In this document: positions 8,736-17,499 of the stretch, piece by piece | Layout: each line of letters opens with the position of its first letter | How positions within the stretch are numbered: position 1 is the stretch's first letter | Sequence record: OR067838.1 | Reading direction: 5' to 3' (one strand) | DNA from: Escherichia phage KKP 3954 | DNA: 64,000 nucleotides | Program-made: the position numbers and the translations under genes | Notes under the pieces: model-generated | The model's database searches: none | What the model saw: only the letters and a program-made list of their open reading frames with translations | Told to the model about the DNA's origin: nothing

Positions 8736-8969
8736 ATACTTATAATCTAACATAAAATAATGATTGTTGTCAATACTTTTTTAAAACATTTTACCATGAA
8801 TGGTGACTCCACCAACCCCCGTTCTCCACGAACGGTGCTCTTCGAGCATTTATGTCTTCTAATATAACCGTGGCCTTTGTTTATAATGTCTGACATACTT
8901 GCCTCATTCTCTGCCACCATGATCAGTAGTGGGTTCAAATCACTTGAGCTAATTCATGTTAAAATGTTC

Positions 8970-9044
8970 TGGTGTCTTTACAAGGAATCGAACCTTGACT
9001 AAGAGTTTAGAAGACTCCTGTGCTATCCATTACACCATAAAGAC
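8970..9044 (-). tRNA. tRNA-Arg (anticodon TCT)
   Basis: CCA encoded; acceptor GTCTTTA/TAAAGAC; T-arm CAAGG-AATCGAA-CCTTG; anticodon loop rc CTTCTAA. Confidence 0.7.
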
Positions 9045-9046
9045 GT

Positions 9047-9121
9047 TGGTGGCCCTGGCTGGTTTCGATCCAGCTACCTATCGGTTATGAGCCGACAGCT
9101 CTCCCATTGAGCTACAGGGCC
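9047..9121 (-). tRNA. tRNA with anticodon CAT (second copy; initiator Met or lysidine-Ile)
   Basis: CCA encoded; acceptor GGCCCTG/CAGGGCC; T-arm GCTGG-TTTCGAT-CCAGC; D-arm GCTC-TCCCATT-GAGC; anticodon loop rc CTCATAA. Confidence 0.7.
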
Positions 9122-9368
9122 ATAAATGTGGTAACAGAGACGCTGACGATTGTAGAGAACCGCTACATTCTCTAAGACCAAGCCCAACTTTCAGCGTAAA
9201 AGTTCTTGAGCCGAGACTATTCCTTTTCCTCTTTGGTAGCTAACCTCTGAAGAAGTAGTCTCTAACACTATCCGCAGTGCAAGCCCCTCTTAACAAAAGT
9301 CAACGACCCTGTTACCACACTTGATGAACGTATCCTAACATATGAAGGATACGTTTGTCAATAGTTAT

Positions 9369-9617
9369 TTAAGCATATTCTGCTACTTCTTCACTATCTT
9401 TCTTTTCCAGAAGAGCAACAACCAAAGCTTCTGCGTTAAAAGTATTAATTTCAAGATCCATCTCTCGCATCAGAGCCAAGAAATCAATAACTTTAACATC
9501 TTTAGTGATTACAATAGAAGTTGTACCATTGTTTTCAGATGTGTATTTTTCTGGATGGAAAAGAAAAACTGCATTGCCGTTACCATCTTCAAACACGTGT
9601 TTTTCTAATAGAGACAT
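9369..9617 (-). CDS. hypothetical protein
   Basis: Track ORF 9369..9683; AGGAGG RBS supports start at MSLLEKHVFEDG (9617). Confidence 0.5.
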   Translation of the reverse strand: MSLLEKHVFEDGNGNAVFLFHPEKYTSENNGTTSIVITKDVKVIDFLALMREMDLEINTFNAEALVVALLEKKDSEEVAEYA

Positions 9618-9625
9618 TGTTCCTC

Positions 9626-9877
9626 CTAATCTGTTAGTTGTTCGTCCTCTACCAAGTTTGACACGAGAACGTCTGTTATACATTGATGCTGATAAACCCT
9701 TTCGGGACTATCATCAAAAGCCAAACCTGTGCAAATAGAACAGAGGTCTGATTCCTTGATGACTCCATTTTTATCACGTCTGGAGTGGTTTGTCAAATGC
9801 CTATTACAAGCACGGCACCTAAAATAAAAGCTATTTTGCATATATCCTTCGAACCCCAAATGGGGAGTGATCGGCAT
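9626..9877 (-). CDS. hypothetical Cys-rich (zinc-finger-like) protein
   Basis: 83 aa; CRACNRH ... CSIC cysteine pairs. Confidence 0.4.
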   Translation of the reverse strand: MPITPHLGFEGYMQNSFYFRCRACNRHLTNHSRRDKNGVIKESDLCSICTGLAFDDSPERVYQHQCITDVLVSNLVEDEQLTD

Positions 9878-9914
9878 CTCCTCACTTCTAGTTTAGCACG
9901 AAGGATATCTTAAG

Positions 9915-10100
9915 TCAACTAGGAATAATTTTATCCCTTTTGGTTTCATAACCAGTCCAATCTAAATCCTCCCAGCCTTCATCATCGTCTAACACATTGT
10001 CATCGTCATAAGATGCAATGTTATAAATAGAACGTGGATTACAAGACATACAATCTTTAATAGGCACATGATGCCATTTGCACGGATTATCACTAATCAT
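9915..10100 (-). CDS. hypothetical protein
   Basis: 61 aa ORF; GGAGG RBS upstream on minus strand. Confidence 0.45.
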   Translation of the reverse strand: MISDNPCKWHHVPIKDCMSCNPRSIYNIASYDDDNVLDDDEGWEDLDWTGYETKRDKIIPS

Positions 10101-10577
10101 TGCACACCTCCATTCTTGTTAAGATGTTTCATGTATTGTACTTCATACTAATCTATAGATCAAGTATTATTTATAATAATTTATTATTTTAATTGATAGA
10201 AGTTGATCTATACATACCAGTTCTGATACACTGTACCTGTTTGTTAGATCTAATAATTATTTATTATTAATATTTAATAATTATTAATCTAATACGAATG
10301 ACAATATTTGAGTATGAGAGTACTACATCAACAACCTAAAACCTTAACTCGCTGCGCTCGTTAATAGATTTCTAGGGTAGCATACTTCGAACACAAAAGT
10401 CAAGTGTTTTATTAAAATTATTTTCTGTGTGCAAAAACCTTGCTTAAACAGGTAGCAATAGTATAGCCTATAACATAAGCTTCATAAGAGGCTCGTAGAG
10501 CAAGTTTACTTACTAGGTAAGGTGATTTATCATCTTATATATAAAAAGTGCGTCAGAGACGCGTTTAGGAGGCTAGA
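10101..10577. promoter_or_regulatory. AT-rich divergent intergenic control region
   Basis: 477 bp non-coding between minus and plus gene blocks; 12-bp perfect palindrome GATCTATAGATC, AT-rich direct repeats, GCGTC-AGA-GACGC hairpin before first plus-strand RBS. Confidence 0.5.
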
Positions 10578-10901
10578 ATGAGATTTACAAGACAAGAGGT
10601 GGTTGTGCTGGACGAAGCAATGACAATGATCGTCTTTTACTATGAGGATATCTTCTGTGCAGCATATCATTTAAATGACATTCAGATTGAATGGCAGCAG
10701 ATAGCATTCCTGTTGGACAAGAGTAATCATTTAGATGGCTTTGAGTATTTGGAGTGGGATGGTGCAAAGGAAGTTAAAATTGTAGGGTTAAATCACGATC
10801 AGATTGTTGACATGCAATGTAAGTTGTGTCATTATCAGTTCTCAAATAAAGTTAAACTCGAAAGGCAACTGGAGGTAGTTAAAGATGATAGCACTAATTA
10901 G
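10578..10901 (+). CDS. hypothetical protein
   Basis: 107 aa; GGAGG RBS; first gene of plus block. Confidence 0.55.
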   Translation: MRFTRQEVVVLDEAMTMIVFYYEDIFCAAYHLNDIQIEWQQIAFLLDKSNHLDGFEYLEWDGAKEVKIVGLNHDQIVDMQCKLCHYQFSNKVKLERQLEVVKDDSTN

Positions 10902-10997
10902 TGAGCATCCAATCCTGGCAACAATTGTTCTGATTTTCGCCATTTGTGTGGTTCACGATGTTCTGGTAAGCTATTTTGACAACAAAGGAGGTAAGAA

Positions 10998-11192
10998 ATG
11001 AAAGACGTTATTCAAATGGTATTCCGTGTCACCCTGGATGATATTCATGTTGTTAAAGGCACCCAGAACTACACAGAAGCGAAAGAACATTTCCTGGAAT
11101 GGGTTGAGACGTTGAAGACACAAAACGTTTCCTACAACCGTGTGACGCTCACTGGCGACCATACCCCAATCATGGAGTACGTAAAGAAATGA
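10998..11192 (+). CDS. hypothetical protein
   Basis: 64 aa; AGGAGG RBS; co-oriented packing. Confidence 0.5.
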   Translation: MKDVIQMVFRVTLDDIHVVKGTQNYTEAKEHFLEWVETLKTQNVSYNRVTLTGDHTPIMEYVKK

Positions 11193-11428
11193 GCAAATAT
11201 CCAATTACAGGTGTAACCTATTCTTGTGTATCCAAAGGTGGCTTATATACGGTCGTGGAATTTCCAAAACCTGCCGGAATATCTAAAGTGTTTGATCCTG
11301 TTGTTATCTATGAAGATCTTAGAACAGGTCAACGTTATTGGAGATTTGTGAATGACTTTTTAGATCGTATGGAGGTAGTAAGTGGCGAAAACACCGAAGA
11401 AGTTATCAAAGCCAAAGAACGTTACTAA
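11189..11428 (+). CDS. hypothetical protein
   Basis: 79 aa; ATGA start/stop overlap with upstream gene. Confidence 0.5.
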   Translation: MSKYPITGVTYSCVSKGGLYTVVEFPKPAGISKVFDPVVIYEDLRTGQRYWRFVNDFLDRMEVVSGENTEEVIKAKERY

Positions 11429-11735
11429 GAAACCGAAAAACGAGGTTCTCAAAGTAGCCAAATCAGTTCCTAAGAAAGATAAATTTGATACGGAGGCATT
11501 CGTCTTTGACACACCAATCGAGAAGATTGAAGAAGCGTTGCAACGTCTTGAGGAGCAGGAGGCAGATCCAATGGCTGAACCACTCACGGCAGACCAAATT
11601 TATTGGTGGGGAATATGGACTTTGCAACTACCAGAAGCAAAAAGAAGAGGAATGACTTCAGTTCCTACTTGCGCAAAAGAAGCGGCTGTGTTAGGTTTGT
11701 ATGAGAAATCTAAAAAGAGGAGCAAAAAGAAATGA
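11382..11735 (+). CDS. hypothetical Lys-rich basic protein (possible nucleic-acid binding)
   Basis: 117 aa; GTG start after GGAGGT; N-terminal KKLSKPKNVTKKPKN and C-terminal KKRSKKK. Confidence 0.45.
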   Translation: MAKTPKKLSKPKNVTKKPKNEVLKVAKSVPKKDKFDTEAFVFDTPIEKIEEALQRLEEQEADPMAEPLTADQIYWWGIWTLQLPEAKRRGMTSVPTCAKEAAVLGLYEKSKKRSKKK

Positions 11736-12013
11736 TCAAGACTTTCCTGAAGTGTGTAAAAGCAACAGATAATGAGTGGTACTCTGGATTATTCACTGCT
11801 GGCAAGAAATACGAGATCCTCAACGGGACAGGCAAGAAGTTTTCTCTCGTTATAAACGATGAAGGCACGAAGCAAATGGTATTTGCTGAAAGTTCTGTTT
11901 ATGGTATTTTTGAAGTAGTGCAAGAAGGCTCTCCAATGATTCTGGAGTATCATGGCACTAATAAACCATATACTGCTATGGATGTTATCAACAATAAGAG
12001 GAATGCAAAATGA
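11732..12013 (+). CDS. hypothetical protein
   Basis: 93 aa; ATGA overlap with upstream stop. Confidence 0.5.
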   Translation: MIKTFLKCVKATDNEWYSGLFTAGKKYEILNGTGKKFSLVINDEGTKQMVFAESSVYGIFEVVQEGSPMILEYHGTNKPYTAMDVINNKRNAK

Positions 12014-12192
12014 TTTTACTTTATTCCGGTAAGGCGAAATACATGCAAGGTGTTAAACGTGTAGAGGTTACTAAGACAGTAACAATCGGAAAATCTTTTA
12101 TAGTTTATTATTTCATTATTAATGGGAAGGAGTATGCTGTAGCAAAGACCTTGGTTGATAATGGTAAAACGTGGAAAGTGGAGGCACTATGA
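12010..12192 (+). CDS. hypothetical protein
   Basis: 60 aa; ATGA overlap. Confidence 0.4.
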   Translation: MILLYSGKAKYMQGVKRVEVTKTVTIGKSFIVYYFIINGKEYAVAKTLVDNGKTWKVEAL

Positions 12193-12395
12193 TCCCTGTA
12201 GCTGGGTGGGTGGTATTGGCAACACTTAATGGGAATGTTACTGTGGAGACTAAAACCATCTTCAAAGCACCAGAAGATTGCTATAACTCCTTGGTAACTT
12301 GGCCTCGTGACGAGGATGATAAGGCAGAGTATCAGTGTTTTTACATTGAGGGTAAGCCTGTAGAATTTGAGGTTAAAGTGAAGGAGGAAAAATGA
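12189..12395 (+). CDS. hypothetical protein
   Basis: Track ORF 12171..12395; GGAGG RBS supports start at MIPVAGWV. Confidence 0.45.
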   Translation: MIPVAGWVVLATLNGNVTVETKTIFKAPEDCYNSLVTWPRDEDDKAEYQCFYIEGKPVEFEVKVKEEK

Positions 12396-12862
12396 GAATT
12401 AAAGTAACTAAAGCTTACGATGATAACCCGAAGTTTATCTCTTTGAATAAGAGTTATGGTGTCGAAAACGGCGATGAGTTCGAGGTTATCGATCTTTTTG
12501 AGGACCACGGTTATATTGTCAAAGCCCCAATCACAGAGCAGGCTATTATCATCTTACGCACAGAGGCTGTTGAGGTAGGTTCTGATGAGCCTCAATATGA
12601 CAGCCCATACATGACAGAGTGGATTGTGGCTGTAGATGTTGGAGGCAGGGTTTCTGTATTGAAAGCTCCTAATCTCCATCCTAGTTTTACAGAGAACGGT
12701 AAGACAGCTTTGGATTATGGGTTGCCAGAAGATGTTGAGAATACACCGCCAGGTATGTACCGTTGGATTTGCTCTTTCCATGAAGAGAAGGATTGGGAAT
12801 CAGGGCTTGTTGATGATTGGCATTTTGAAGTGGAAAGTTCTTTTTTAATCATGCCAGCTTAA
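12392..12862 (+). CDS. hypothetical protein
   Basis: 156 aa; ATGA overlap with upstream gene. Confidence 0.55.
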   Translation: MRIKVTKAYDDNPKFISLNKSYGVENGDEFEVIDLFEDHGYIVKAPITEQAIIILRTEAVEVGSDEPQYDSPYMTEWIVAVDVGGRVSVLKAPNLHPSFTENGKTALDYGLPEDVENTPPGMYRWICSFHEEKDWESGLVDDWHFEVESSFLIMPA

Positions 12863-12872
12863 AGGAGGTTAT

Positions 12873-13217
12873 ATGAAAGTTTGGATAGATGATATGCGGA
12901 ACCCAGCCGACTATGGACAGGAAGATGCAATTTGGTTTAAAACGTCACAAGAAGCTATGGCCTTTCTCAATGATCCTGCTAAACTGTATCGAAGAGTAAC
13001 CGAGTGGTCTTTTGACAATGATTTAGGTATGGAGTCAGACCAAGATGGGTATGATGTTTTCCTGCACCTGGAAGAACTTCTGGCGTTTGGTAAACCTTGC
13101 TTTGGTTCACCTACCATTTTCGTGCATACTTCTAATCCCGCCGCTGGGGATAAATTCATGCTTGCAAAAGAATCCATGCTGCGTTATGGTATTAAAATGA
13201 TTCGTGTGCACTACTAA
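12873..13217 (+). CDS. hypothetical protein
   Basis: 114 aa; AGGAGG RBS. Confidence 0.55.
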   Translation: MKVWIDDMRNPADYGQEDAIWFKTSQEAMAFLNDPAKLYRRVTEWSFDNDLGMESDQDGYDVFLHLEELLAFGKPCFGSPTIFVHTSNPAAGDKFMLAKESMLRYGIKMIRVHY

Positions 13218-13226
13218 GGAGAGAAC

Positions 13227-13370
13227 ATGCATCATTTGGTTTGGTCGGAACAAGAAGAGGACGAAGGTTACTTTATCTACCGAGAAGAAGAGGATTGGCC
13301 CGACACAAGTAATGATCTTTTACTTCCAGACACTAGTTTTTTCGAGGATAACTTAAGAGAGGAGGATTAG
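13227..13370 (+). CDS. small acidic hypothetical protein (47 aa)
   Basis: Not in track (<60 aa); AGGAGAGAAC RBS then ATG; fills the gap between flanking genes. Confidence 0.35.
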   Translation: MHHLVWSEQEEDEGYFIYREEEDWPDTSNDLLLPDTSFFEDNLREED

Positions 13371-13376
13371 GAAACA

Positions 13377-13733
13377 ATGAGTGGTATTGAAAACAACATT
13401 TGTTACCAACCTCTTACCTGGATGGGTGAGGGTCATTATGCGCAACGTGTTATCGTCTGTGCTGCAAATAAGTATATTTTGAATAATGGTGAAGAGTTAA
13501 TTATTCCTTGTGTTCGACATGCAAATCCTGTACTATATGCACAGTTAAACGTGTTGAAAGAAGCAGGTGTAATCAACAAAACTTTGTGCACACCAGATAA
13601 TCAAGGCTTTATCGATCAGTATTACAATTGGTGGAGTCGTGCGGATGCTTACATCATCGCGGAAAATGCTGACCAGATCGACCATGAGCGTAATGGTCAC
13701 GACCATGAATTATTTAGCGAGGGATTATACTAA
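13377..13733 (+). CDS. hypothetical protein
   Basis: 118 aa; GGAGG RBS. Confidence 0.55.
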   Translation: MSGIENNICYQPLTWMGEGHYAQRVIVCAANKYILNNGEELIIPCVRHANPVLYAQLNVLKEAGVINKTLCTPDNQGFIDQYYNWWSRADAYIIAENADQIDHERNGHDHELFSEGLY

Positions 13734-14284
13734 TGTTTATTACAAGCGATTTGCATTTTATGCATAAACGTATTCGAGAGTTTGCTCCTGAATATCGTCC
13801 CTGGGAAGATATGGACCACATGACAGAAGCCTTGATCGAAGCATGGAACAAATGTGCTACTACTCCTGGTGTTAAGATGTGGCATTTGGGCGACTTCTGT
13901 TTCGGAACTGAAGAAGATACCCGTAAAATTGCTTCCCGTCTCCAAGGAGATATCACCTACTGTGTTGGGAACCATGACTACAGCAAACACCGAGAAGTGC
14001 TTGCAGAGTATGGAGAAGTGGTGTATTATGACGAAGTGAAATATCAGAAGCTGTTCTTCGTCTTAAGCCATTACCCTATGGCCTCCTGGAATAAACAAGG
14101 TCGTGGATCAATCATGCTACACGGGCATTCCCACGGATCTTTCCCTGATGAAGCTTATGGTAAAATGTTAGATGTGGGTTGGGATGCACACGGAAAAATC
14201 TTGCATTTTGATGAGATAATTTCTATGATGAGTAAACGAGATATCGTGACTGTAGACCATCACAAAATAATCAAAGGAGAGTAA
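13733..14284 (+). CDS. calcineurin-like metallophosphoesterase
   Basis: 183 aa; phosphoesterase motifs HLGDFCFG, GNHD, HGHSHG; first gene of RNA-repair-like trio. Confidence 0.65.
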   Translation: MFITSDLHFMHKRIREFAPEYRPWEDMDHMTEALIEAWNKCATTPGVKMWHLGDFCFGTEEDTRKIASRLQGDITYCVGNHDYSKHREVLAEYGEVVYYDEVKYQKLFFVLSHYPMASWNKQGRGSIMLHGHSHGSFPDEAYGKMLDVGWDAHGKILHFDEIISMMSKRDIVTVDHHKIIKGE

Positions 14285-14285
14285 T

Positions 14286-15218
14286 GTGACTAAATTTAAT
14301 TGCGACGATTTGGTTGAAAAAGGTTTAGTTCATAAGAAAACATATAAAGAAGGAGAGTATTCTGGTCTATCTGTTCTTAAGTATAAGAACAAAGTTTTCT
14401 GGGATAACTTATGGAGCATTGATTCTCGTCTTCTAGAATGTCGCGGAATCGTTGTTGATGCTGATGACAATGTTGTTATTTGGCCTTTCACTAAGATTTT
14501 TAATCGTTTTGAGAATGGCACAGATCTACCATTGGATGAACTTGTAGATGTGGTTCGTAAAGTAAATGGTTTTATGGCCTCTGTAGGTGTATATAAAGGT
14601 CAACTTATTGTATCGACAACAGGAAGCCTTGAATCAGATTTTGCAAGTATTGCAAAGAATCGTATTGTTTCAGAGTGTGATGACATAGAACATTTCATCA
14701 AATGGACAGAGAGTGCAAAAGCAACTTTCCTTTTTGAAATCTGTGATCCTTCTGATCCGCATATTGTCGAAGAAGAACCAGGTGCATACTTAATTGGTGC
14801 CAGAATTCAAAATCCTGATGGGACAAGTTTTATGTTACCTGAAGGTGCTCTTGATGGAATTGCTTCTGTCACCAAATTTAAGCGTCCTGAAGTTCATCCA
14901 ATGGTTAAGTTTTCAGATGTTGTTGAAATGTCTAAACATTGTAAACACGAAGGGTTTATTGTTCGTGAAACAAACTGTCCGTTTAACTTACTTTTAAAGA
15001 TTAAGTCACCATACTATCTTACTAAGAAGTTTCTTATGCGTGGTGGAGATAAGAAGTGGGATCTTATTTGGGATAATCCAAAAAATGCCAAACAAATTGT
15101 TGACGAAGAATATTACACTTTGTTAGAATGGATTCGAAATAATTTTACGAAGACTCAATGGGCTGCTTTAAATCAGCAAGAGCGACGTGAAGAAATCGAA
15201 AACTTCTTTGGAGGATAA
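14286..15218 (+). CDS. nucleotidyltransferase of the ligase family (RNA-ligase-like)
   Basis: 310 aa; GTG start after AGGAGAG; motif I-like KVNG, motif IV-like EGFIV, motif V-like LKIK. Confidence 0.5.
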   Translation: MTKFNCDDLVEKGLVHKKTYKEGEYSGLSVLKYKNKVFWDNLWSIDSRLLECRGIVVDADDNVVIWPFTKIFNRFENGTDLPLDELVDVVRKVNGFMASVGVYKGQLIVSTTGSLESDFASIAKNRIVSECDDIEHFIKWTESAKATFLFEICDPSDPHIVEEEPGAYLIGARIQNPDGTSFMLPEGALDGIASVTKFKRPEVHPMVKFSDVVEMSKHCKHEGFIVRETNCPFNLLLKIKSPYYLTKKFLMRGGDKKWDLIWDNPKNAKQIVDEEYYTLLEWIRNNFTKTQWAALNQQERREEIENFFGG

Positions 15219-15623
15219 ATGAAACAACTTATCATTTTACGTGGTGTTTCAGGTGCTGGTAAATCTACAGTAGCAGAAATTATTTCTGAAGGTTATTGGC
15301 CTATCTGCGAGGCAGATCAATATCATTACACAGAAAGTGGTGTTTACGATTGGAAGCCAGAAAATGTAGGTAAAGCACACGCATGGTGTCAGAGTATTGT
15401 TCGTGATGCTATGGCGTCTAATCTTAACAAGATTATTGTTTCTAACACTTCAACCACAGAGAAAGAACTTAAACCTTATCTAGCTCTTGCTGAAGAGTTT
15501 GGTTATCAAGTTATCTCTTTAGTTGTTGAAAATAGGCACGGTAATGATTCAATTCACGAGGTTCCACAATATATCCGTGATCAGCAAGAGAAACGTCTTC
15601 GTGGTTCACTTAAACTTCAATAA
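15219..15623 (+). CDS. polynucleotide 5'-kinase (P-loop, T4 Pnk kinase-domain-like)
   Basis: 134 aa; Walker A GVSGAGKST; IVSNTSTTEKE resembles the T4 Pnk IISDTN region. Confidence 0.6.
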   Translation: MKQLIILRGVSGAGKSTVAEIISEGYWPICEADQYHYTESGVYDWKPENVGKAHAWCQSIVRDAMASNLNKIIVSNTSTTEKELKPYLALAEEFGYQVISLVVENRHGNDSIHEVPQYIRDQQEKRLRGSLKLQ

Positions 15624-15632
15624 GGAGAAATA

Positions 15633-15959
15633 ATGCAGATTTATACAGATGATCGTAAATATGAGACAATTTTAGATGAAGATACTGGACGAATTACCGT
15701 TCTCCGTCACGGTGAAGAGTGGCGTGATGAAACGGGAGACAATTATATCTTGTCTCTGATTCATCTTATTGAACAAATGCGTGATGATTACGCTGAACTG
15801 CATTATGAAAATGAGGCGAATAAAGTAAAATTTGAAAATGAATTAGAAGAGAAAGAATCTGAAATGGTATATCTAAAAGAAGAGATCTCCCGTTTGGAGG
15901 AAGAGATTGATGCTCTTCAGGAAGAGATTTACGAACTCAACAGCGAACTGAATGCTTAA
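15633..15959 (+). CDS. hypothetical coiled-coil protein
   Basis: 108 aa; heptad-like C-terminus EISRLEEEIDALQEEIYELNSEL. Confidence 0.5.
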   Translation: MQIYTDDRKYETILDEDTGRITVLRHGEEWRDETGDNYILSLIHLIEQMRDDYAELHYENEANKVKFENELEEKESEMVYLKEEISRLEEEIDALQEEIYELNSELNA

Positions 15960-15968
15960 GGATGAATT

Positions 15969-16157
15969 ATGAAAAAAGATATCGTTGTTGATTGGCTGAC
16001 TTGTCCTTGTGGCAGTCATGAAATCTCTGTAAACACAGAAGGTGATAAACATTATTTGTTCTATGGTGATAAAATCACTTGCCTTTCTTGCGGACGCATT
16101 GGTATTATAGAAACAGATGATTGCTGTGTTTTTGAATCTTGGGATGAAGATGAATGA
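15969..16157 (+). CDS. hypothetical zinc-ribbon protein
   Basis: 62 aa; CPCGSHE ... CLSCGR. Confidence 0.45.
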   Translation: MKKDIVVDWLTCPCGSHEISVNTEGDKHYLFYGDKITCLSCGRIGIIETDDCCVFESWDEDE

Positions 16158-16375
16158 GTACTGCATTTTATGTTCGTAGCGGAGACGAGGATTTTCTAGC
16201 TACTTTTGATGACGGTGATCTTGAAGATATGTATGAAGATATGCTTGACTATGCCAAAGGGCAAGGTTTCACAAGCATTGATTATATGTTGGCAACATCT
16301 ACAACGTTACTCGACGCAGATTTGGATGAAGTGTGTAACAGATTGAAAATTTCAGTTTTTAAATGGGAGGACTAA
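16154..16375 (+). CDS. hypothetical acidic protein
   Basis: 73 aa; ATGA overlap. Confidence 0.45.
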   Translation: MSTAFYVRSGDEDFLATFDDGDLEDMYEDMLDYAKGQGFTSIDYMLATSTTLLDADLDEVCNRLKISVFKWED

Positions 16376-17490
16376 TGCAACAAACAAATCAAACGCTGTA
16401 TGGTAAAGATTCAAAAGGAAAACTTAAACAGTGGACAGTGTATACAGATGGTGCAGTTGTTACTGTAGCTCATGGAAGGGTAGGTGGAAAAATCACAGAA
16501 AAATCTTATACAGCAGAAGCAAAAAACATTGGTCGTTCCAATGAAACAACACCGGAAGAACAAGCTGAACTTGAAGCTTTTGCCAAATGGACAAAACAGT
16601 TAAAGAATGGCTATTATAAAACAAAAGAAGAAGCTGAAAACCATGTTCCTTCTACACCAATGAAATGCCAGGATTATAAAGATTATCCTGAAAGGGTTGT
16701 GTTCCCTGGTTATGCACAATACAAACTGAACGGGTTACGTTCTATGATTAACATGAAAGGGGAGTGTTTATCAAAAGCTGGGGAAGTGTATAACCTGCCA
16801 CCTCATTGGGAAGGTATTCCAAACTTTATTAGTGAAGTTGTTGGTCATCCTCTTGATGGTGAAGTGTTTGCTGGGTTAGGTGTCCTTAGTCTGCAACAAA
16901 TTAACAGTGCCTGGAAGAAGCATAATGCAAATACACCTTTGCTGAATTATTACGTATACGATATTCCAGTTCCAGATCTACCGTTTGAAAAACGTGTTGA
17001 TGTTCTGGCTGCTCTTAAGGCAGTAGTGGAAGATTATGGTCTTGATGAGCTTATTTGTGTAGTTCATACAGAGTATATTGAAAACCAAGAACAGTTTGAT
17101 GCTTTCTATGAAAAAGCTTTACTTGAAAAGGCTGAAGGTGTAGTATATCGTAATGCTCGCGGAGTTTACGAATTTGATAAACGTTCTTATGACGTTATTA
17201 AACGTAAGCCTCGCCACACCCTTGAAGTTAAAGTAACAAATTCAAAAAGTGATAAAAATGGCGATGGAGTGTTGACAGGTGAGATGGAAAATGGTAAAGT
17301 AGTCGAATTCTTAATGCGTAAAGATGCTCATGAGACTATCAATTATCGTAAAGCAGAGAATGCTTCTACCTTGATTAATCAGTTCGTTGAAATAGAGTAT
17401 GAAGAATTTTCAGATGAAGGTATTCCAACAAAACCTGTTGGTGTTCGTATTCGAGAAATGATCCCAGGCACTTGGGAACCAGCAGAATAA
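16375..17490 (+). CDS. ATP-dependent DNA ligase (minimal type)
   Basis: Track ORF 16363..17490; GGGAGG RBS supports MQQTNQ start; motif I KLNGLR, III LDGEVF, IV EGVVYR, V VIKRK. Confidence 0.55.
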   Translation: MQQTNQTLYGKDSKGKLKQWTVYTDGAVVTVAHGRVGGKITEKSYTAEAKNIGRSNETTPEEQAELEAFAKWTKQLKNGYYKTKEEAENHVPSTPMKCQDYKDYPERVVFPGYAQYKLNGLRSMINMKGECLSKAGEVYNLPPHWEGIPNFISEVVGHPLDGEVFAGLGVLSLQQINSAWKKHNANTPLLNYYVYDIPVPDLPFEKRVDVLAALKAVVEDYGLDELICVVHTEYIENQEQFDAFYEKALLEKAEGVVYRNARGVYEFDKRSYDVIKRKPRHTLEVKVTNSKSDKNGDGVLTGEMENGKVVEFLMRKDAHETINYRKAENASTLINQFVEIEYEEFSDEGIPTKPVGVRIREMIPGTWEPAE

Positions 17491-17499
17491 GGAGGAAAA

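Noticed and set aside
8747-8938. 63-aa minus-strand ORF inside the tRNA cluster
   Set aside because: No RBS, lies in a hairpin-rich non-coding stretch between tRNA genes; more likely non-coding.
10130-10330. AT-rich short direct repeats that could suggest a CRISPR array or tandem-repeat locus
   Set aside because: Repeat units are irregular in length and spacing with no repeat-spacer periodicity; better explained as an AT-rich promoter/origin region.
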